In this document: positions 60,402-64,000 of the stretch, in pieces | How the letters are laid out: each line of letters begins with the position of its first letter | Position numbering within the stretch: the stretch's first letter is position 1 | Source of the DNA: Alcanivoracaceae bacterium | GTDB lineage: Bacteria; Pseudomonadota; Gammaproteobacteria; Pseudomonadales; Alcanivoracaceae | NCBI GenBank assembly: GCA_046292765.1 | Contig: JBKBQA010000009.1 | Span: 7,061 to 71,060 of the forward strand | DNA length: 64,000 bases | Direction: 5' to 3' | The notes under the pieces: model-generated | Seen by the model: the letters and a program-made list of their open reading frames with translations, nothing else | Told to the model about the DNA's origin: nothing | The model's database searches: none | Position numbers and translations under genes: made by a program

Positions 60402-62355
60402 TCGTGCCCCGATTCTCGATATAGCGAAAAAACCGCTCCACCACGTCGGCTTTGCGAGTTCGTGTCATGCCAGGCAGGCTGTCCAGAAACAGCTTGCCGT
60501 AACTCTTGTCGATCAGACGCGGATCGGCAATCACCAGCACTCCGTGGTCCTGCACGTCACGAATCAACCTGCCGGCACCCTGCCGTAACGTCAACACCGC
60601 CTGCGGTAACTGGTAATCACGGAACGGATTGCCGCGATCGCGCCTGATCCGCTCAATGCGAGCGGCTGCCACCGGATCACCGGGTGACGCAAACGGCAGC
60701 CGGTCGATTATGACACAGCTCAACGCCTCACCCCGCACATCGATACCTTCCCAGAAGCTGCTGGTGCCAAGTAGCACCGCGTTACCCCGCTCCCGAAAGT
60801 CCTCCAGCAACTGGCGCCGCCCTGCCTCTCCCTGAACCAACAGCGGATAATTGATCCGGCCGCGCAACAGCTCCGCCGCTTCGCGCAAAGCCCGGTGACT
60901 GGTAAACAGAAAAAAGGTGCGTCCGCGGGCGGACTCAATGACCGGGACCATGTTGTCCACCAGTCGGCGGGTGTAATCCGGCATGTCCGGGGTCGGTAAA
61001 TCCTCAGGCACGTACAACACCGCCTGACGGCGGAAATCGAACGGGCTTTCCAGTCGCAGTGTCTCCGCATCACTGATACCGAGGCGCTCGACAAAATGAC
61101 GAAAATCGCCCGCCACCGACAGGGTCGCCGAGGTAAATACCCAGCTGCAGCGCTGTCGAGCGCGATGGGCATCAAACATGTCCGCCACAGAGAGCGGCGT
61201 TGCATGCAGGTTGAAGGCACGCTTGAAGGTCTCGAACCAGAACACCAGATTGTCATCGTGCCCGGACTGGAACCGCGCCAACGCGGCGCGCTGATCGGCC
61301 GCCCGGCGGTGACAGGACTCCATGCCGCGACTGCCACGACCGTGCGGCTCCAGAAAGGCTTCCAGTGCCGTCAGACTGGATTCGAGGCTGTCCATGGCGT
61401 CGATAACTGCCTTGTCACCGGCTGCGGCCGACCAGGGATCCTTGCGCCCTTCGGCACCGAGAGCTATTCGCAGATCTGCCACAGCGCGCTCAAGCGCACT
61501 GCAATGATCAGAGAGCTGCGGCACATTAACGGCACTGTGAGCGGCCTCACTTAGCGCATCCCGGCACAGTTCCTGCAGTTGTCGCGAGCTCAGGGTCGAA
61601 CCAAAAAACGCCGCCGCCACATCCGGCAGCTGATGCGCCTCATCAAAAATTACCGTGTTGGCACTGGGCAGCAACTCGGTGACGCCTTCCCCCCGCAGTG
61701 CCGCGTTGGCAAAAAAGAGATGATGATTGACCACCACCAGATCCGCCTCCTGCGCCTCCTGACGGGCTCGCATGACCGGACAGCTACCAATCTCGGGACA
61801 ATCCTGACCAAGACAGTTCTCCGCCGAGCTGGTCACCCAGGGCCACACCGGCGCGTCCTCGGGAATCTCTCTCAACTCCGCCACATCACCGGTGGACGTA
61901 CGTGCGGCCCAACGCGCCACCACCTGCATCTGCAGCGCAGTGTCGCGAGTCTGGAAACGGGCCTCTTCCAGATGCAGTTTCATCCGGTAGGGACAGAGGT
62001 AGTTGGCGCGCCCCTTGAGTAACGCCACCCGCCGATGAACCCCCAACGCCTTCAGAACCACCGGCAGATCACGAAAGAACAGCTGCTCCTGCAGGCTCTT
62101 GGTGCCGGTAGAGATGATGGTCGGTCCGTCGGCAAGCAACGCAGGGACGAGATAGGCAAGGGTCTTGCCGGTCCCCGTTTCAGCCTCCACCACCAGCGCA
62201 GAGTGCTGCTCAAGGGCCTTCTCCACCGCTCTGGCCATCGCCAACTGCGGTGCTCGAGGGGCAAAACCGGGAATCAGACTGGCGAAGCGCTCGTCATCGC
62301 ACAGCACACGTTCAACACGACTCAATTGTGGACCTCCATGACTGGCGCAGAGCAT
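60382..62355 (-). CDS. yoaA: DinG-family ATP-dependent DNA helicase (YoaA-like)
   Basis: N-terminus IPGFAPRAPQLAMARAVEKAL...VVEAETGTGKTLAYL, a Cys cluster, and the VIFDEAHQL box. Confidence 0.85.
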   Translation of the reverse strand: MLCASHGGPQLSRVERVLCDDERFASLIPGFAPRAPQLAMARAVEKALEQHSALVVEAETGTGKTLAYLVPALLADGPTIISTGTKSLQEQLFFRDLPVVLKALGVHRRVALLKGRANYLCPYRMKLHLEEARFQTRDTALQMQVVARWAARTSTGDVAELREIPEDAPVWPWVTSSAENCLGQDCPEIGSCPVMRARQEAQEADLVVVNHHLFFANAALRGEGVTELLPSANTVIFDEAHQLPDVAAAFFGSTLSSRQLQELCRDALSEAAHSAVNVPQLSDHCSALERAVADLRIALGAEGRKDPWSAAAGDKAVIDAMDSLESSLTALEAFLEPHGRGSRGMESCHRRAADQRAALARFQSGHDDNLVFWFETFKRAFNLHATPLSVADMFDAHRARQRCSWVFTSATLSVAGDFRHFVERLGISDAETLRLESPFDFRRQAVLYVPEDLPTPDMPDYTRRLVDNMVPVIESARGRTFFLFTSHRALREAAELLRGRINYPLLVQGEAGRRQLLEDFRERGNAVLLGTSSFWEGIDVRGEALSCVIIDRLPFASPGDPVAAARIERIRRDRGNPFRDYQLPQAVLTLRQGAGRLIRDVQDHGVLVIADPRLIDKSYGKLFLDSLPGMTRTRKADVVERFFRYIENRGTIETAGD

Positions 62356-62429
62356 ACCAACCGGCCATCGTGGAGACCATCAGAGAGCACCGCCGGGCCA
62401 TGGCAGTTATCCGCGACTGCCCCAGAATG

Positions 62430-62458
62430 CAGAAGGCCCCGCGTAGCGGGGCCTTCTG
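62430..62458 (-). terminator. Candidate terminator hairpin after the Ala/Lys-rich protein gene
   Basis: 13-bp perfect stem CAGAAGGCCCCGC / GCGGGGCCTTCTG with a 3-nt loop. The weak U-tract keeps confidence moderate. Confidence 0.5.
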
Positions 62459-62475
62459 GTTAGCGCAGAGAAGAA

Positions 62476-63282
62476 TTACTTCTTGGCGCGACGGACTGCT
62501 TTCTTCTTGGCAGGCGCCTTGCGGACTGCCTTTTTCTTGGCAGCGGCCTTGCGCGGAGCCTTCTTGGCAGCAGCTTTACGCGGAGCTTTCTTGGCAGCGG
62601 CCTTGCGAGCCGGTGCCTTCTTCGCTACGCGCTTGGCTTTTACCTTGCCTTTGCCTGCAGCCTTCTTGGCTTTGGCAGCGGCTTTCTTGGCAGCAGCTTT
62701 CTCTCGGACAGCGGCCTTGCGAGCAGCAGCCTTGGCCTTGGCAGCGGCCTTTTTGGCAGCAGCTTTCTGCTTGGCGGCCGCCTTACGGGCAGCTACTTTC
62801 GCTTTGGCAGCGGCTTTCCTGGCAGCAGACTTCTGCTTGGTAGCGGTCTTGCGAGCAGCTACTTTCGCCTTGGCAGCGGCTTTCTTGGCAGCGGCTTTGG
62901 CCTTGCGATCCGCAGCACGGTGCGCGGCCTTCAGGCGCTTGGCTTCACGGCTGGCAGCGGCCTTGGCAGCACGCAGCTCCTTGCGCAGATCGCCCACGGC
63001 GTCACGCAGCGACTTCAGCTGCTGGCGCATGGTGGCGATACGAGCCTTGGCGGCGGCGGTAACCTTGCCTTTGGCAGAGTCACGCTGAGCTTTCAGCTTG
63101 GCGGTGGCGGCGGCAACCTTCTTGGCTTGCACATCCAGTTTGGCTTCGACAGCAGCGACTGCCTTGTGGGCGGCGGCGGCGGCCTGCTCTTTCAGTTTGA
63201 CCTTGTTATCAGCAGCAACCTTTACTGCCGGTTTGGCGGCTGCTTTCCGTTTCGGTGCGGCTTTCTTTTTGGCTCGAGCCAT
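62476..63282 (-). CDS. Histone H1-like / AlgP-like Ala-Lys-rich basic protein
   Basis: 268 aa. Coiled-coil-like N-terminal half, then four 22-aa AAAKAK..ARKAA.KQKAAAKK repeats and KKAPRKAAA repeats. Confidence 0.8.
   Translation of the reverse strand: MARAKKKAAPKRKAAAKPAVKVAADNKVKLKEQAAAAAHKAVAAVEAKLDVQAKKVAAATAKLKAQRDSAKGKVTAAAKARIATMRQQLKSLRDAVGDLRKELRAAKAAASREAKRLKAAHRAADRKAKAAAKKAAAKAKVAARKTATKQKSAARKAAAKAKVAARKAAAKQKAAAKKAAAKAKAAARKAAVREKAAAKKAAAKAKKAAGKGKVKAKRVAKKAPARKAAAKKAPRKAAAKKAPRKAAAKKKAVRKAPAKKKAVRRAKK
62650..62900. repeat. About four tandem 66-bp coding repeats inside the Ala/Lys-rich gene
   Basis: The motif GGCAGCG recurs at 62674, 62740, 62806 and 62872, an exact 66-bp period. 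Confidence 0.85.
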
Positions 63283-63746
63283 GACTGATCTCCTAAGCTA
63301 TAGCGTTGTTTTTACTGCGACCGAGGAAAAAATAGCATAAAAAAAAATCAGGTGGTACATAATTTGTTCACCCCCCTTTCTCGCAACCCCGCTCTCCCCC
63401 CGGAAAAACAATTTCAAAACGGATGCGCTGACACCGCGAAAACCTGTGCTCGGCAAGCGCCAAAAAATGCGATTGGCAATTTTTCCGCGAGAAAAATGCA
63501 CTTCGTCGGGAATTGTCGACGCTGACCACGTGCCAGCGACAATGTCATGAGACGACATTTGAACGGGTTCAGGGGCGCAACGAGCGGACGAAAAAAAAGT
63601 CCTCATCACCTGCTTCAAACGGAGCAGAAACGGGGTCCGGTAATGCCGACACCGTAAAAGTGTTACCTCCGTAACACTTTTTGGAGGGGAATCACGCAGC
63701 AGTCTGGAGGAGAAAATTGTCCCTCGGAGCAGCTCTGCGCCAGATT

Positions 63747-63792
63747 GAACGGCATAAAAAAGGAGGCCGAAGCCTCCTTTTTTATGCCGTTC
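63747..63792 (-). terminator. adk terminator: 21-bp perfect stem with a UUCG loop, potentially bidirectional
   Basis: GAACGGCATAAAAAAGGAGGC CGAA GCCTCCTTTTTTATGCCGTTC, located 13 nt after the adk stop. Confidence 0.85.
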
Positions 63793-63804
63793 AGGGTGCG
63801 AATA

Positions 63805-64000
63805 TCAGCCGCGCAGGGCAGCCAGCACCTTGTCGCGGATCTGCTCCATGGAGCCAATACCCGGAACACAGACATAGTGCGGCGAATTTTCTCCGCCCTT
63901 GGCGGCCAACCCCTGATAGAAATCCACCAGCGGACGGGTCTGTTGCTGGTACACCTCAAGGCGCTTGCGCACGGTTTCTTCGCGATCGTCATCGCGCAGC
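63805..64000 (-). CDS. adk: Adenylate kinase, C-terminal 64 codons (5' part outside the window)
   Basis: My own translation: [64 protein letters not shown]. This is a typical bacterial Adk C-terminus. Confidence 0.9.
   Translation of the reverse strand, partial: LRDDDREETVRKRLEVYQQQTRPLVDFYQGLAAKGGENSPHYVCVPGIGSMEQIRDKVLAALRG

Noticed and set aside
62476-62900. A CRISPR-like array, suggested by regular repeats
   Set aside because: The 66-bp periodic repeats are in-frame coding repeats of the Ala/Lys-rich protein, with no unique spacers. I saw no CRISPR array or cas genes anywhere in the window.
63283-63746. An sRNA in the 520-bp AT-richer region between the Ala/Lys-rich gene and the adk terminator (hairpin AAAGTGTTAC-CTCC-GTAACACTTT at 63657-63680)
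   Set aside because: The hairpin has no clear U-tract on either strand and I recognise no known RNA family. It is most simply a promoter or leader region for the Ala/Lys-rich gene. It is worth an RNA-seq look but not a claim.

Overview
GC-rich (about 60-68% on lines I counted) gammaproteobacterial chromosomal segment. Gene order resembles Pseudomonadales/Oceanospirillales: mutS-fdxA; hda-DUF2066 divergent from purM-purN-DUF3108; dcd-apbC; plsB; rsmJ-uppP-thioesterase-tsaB-yoaA; adk. I call about 57 protein genes, 2 tRNAs (Arg-CCT, Gly-CCC), no rRNA and no CRISPR. Most of the window is housekeeping. Four patches stand out. (1) Bases 1-4900 upstream of mutS form an accessory patch. It holds a eukaryote-type UMP-CMP kinase-like gene with an unknown N-terminal domain, an AbiEi/AbiEii type IV toxin-antitoxin pair whose toxin gene is split by an intact IS3-family element, a 60-bp vestige of a related IS, and a MITE-like element with nested terminal repeats. 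(2) An AT-richer 5-kb ORF (15152-20188) encodes two complete secreted CSLREA/beta-helix modules in one frame, each ending in a GlyGly-CTERM-like sorting tail. The first tail runs directly into the second signal peptide, and there is an internal SD+ATG at the junction. (3) The 'urea carboxylase' operon (40647-49085) is preceded by a clear guanidine-I (ykkC) riboswitch, a sigma-54-type promoter and a 21-codon leader ORF. Its expected substrate-binding protein gene sits 3 kb away on the other strand, behind a type-III glutamine-synthetase-like gene and next to a TetR regulator. (4) A roughly 280-bp highly structured palindromic element lies between the convergent genes plsB and rsmJ. All calls come from motif recognition in the supplied or self-made translations and from reading the DNA. 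No database search, HMM or folding program was run. Start codons are often uncertain by a few codons.
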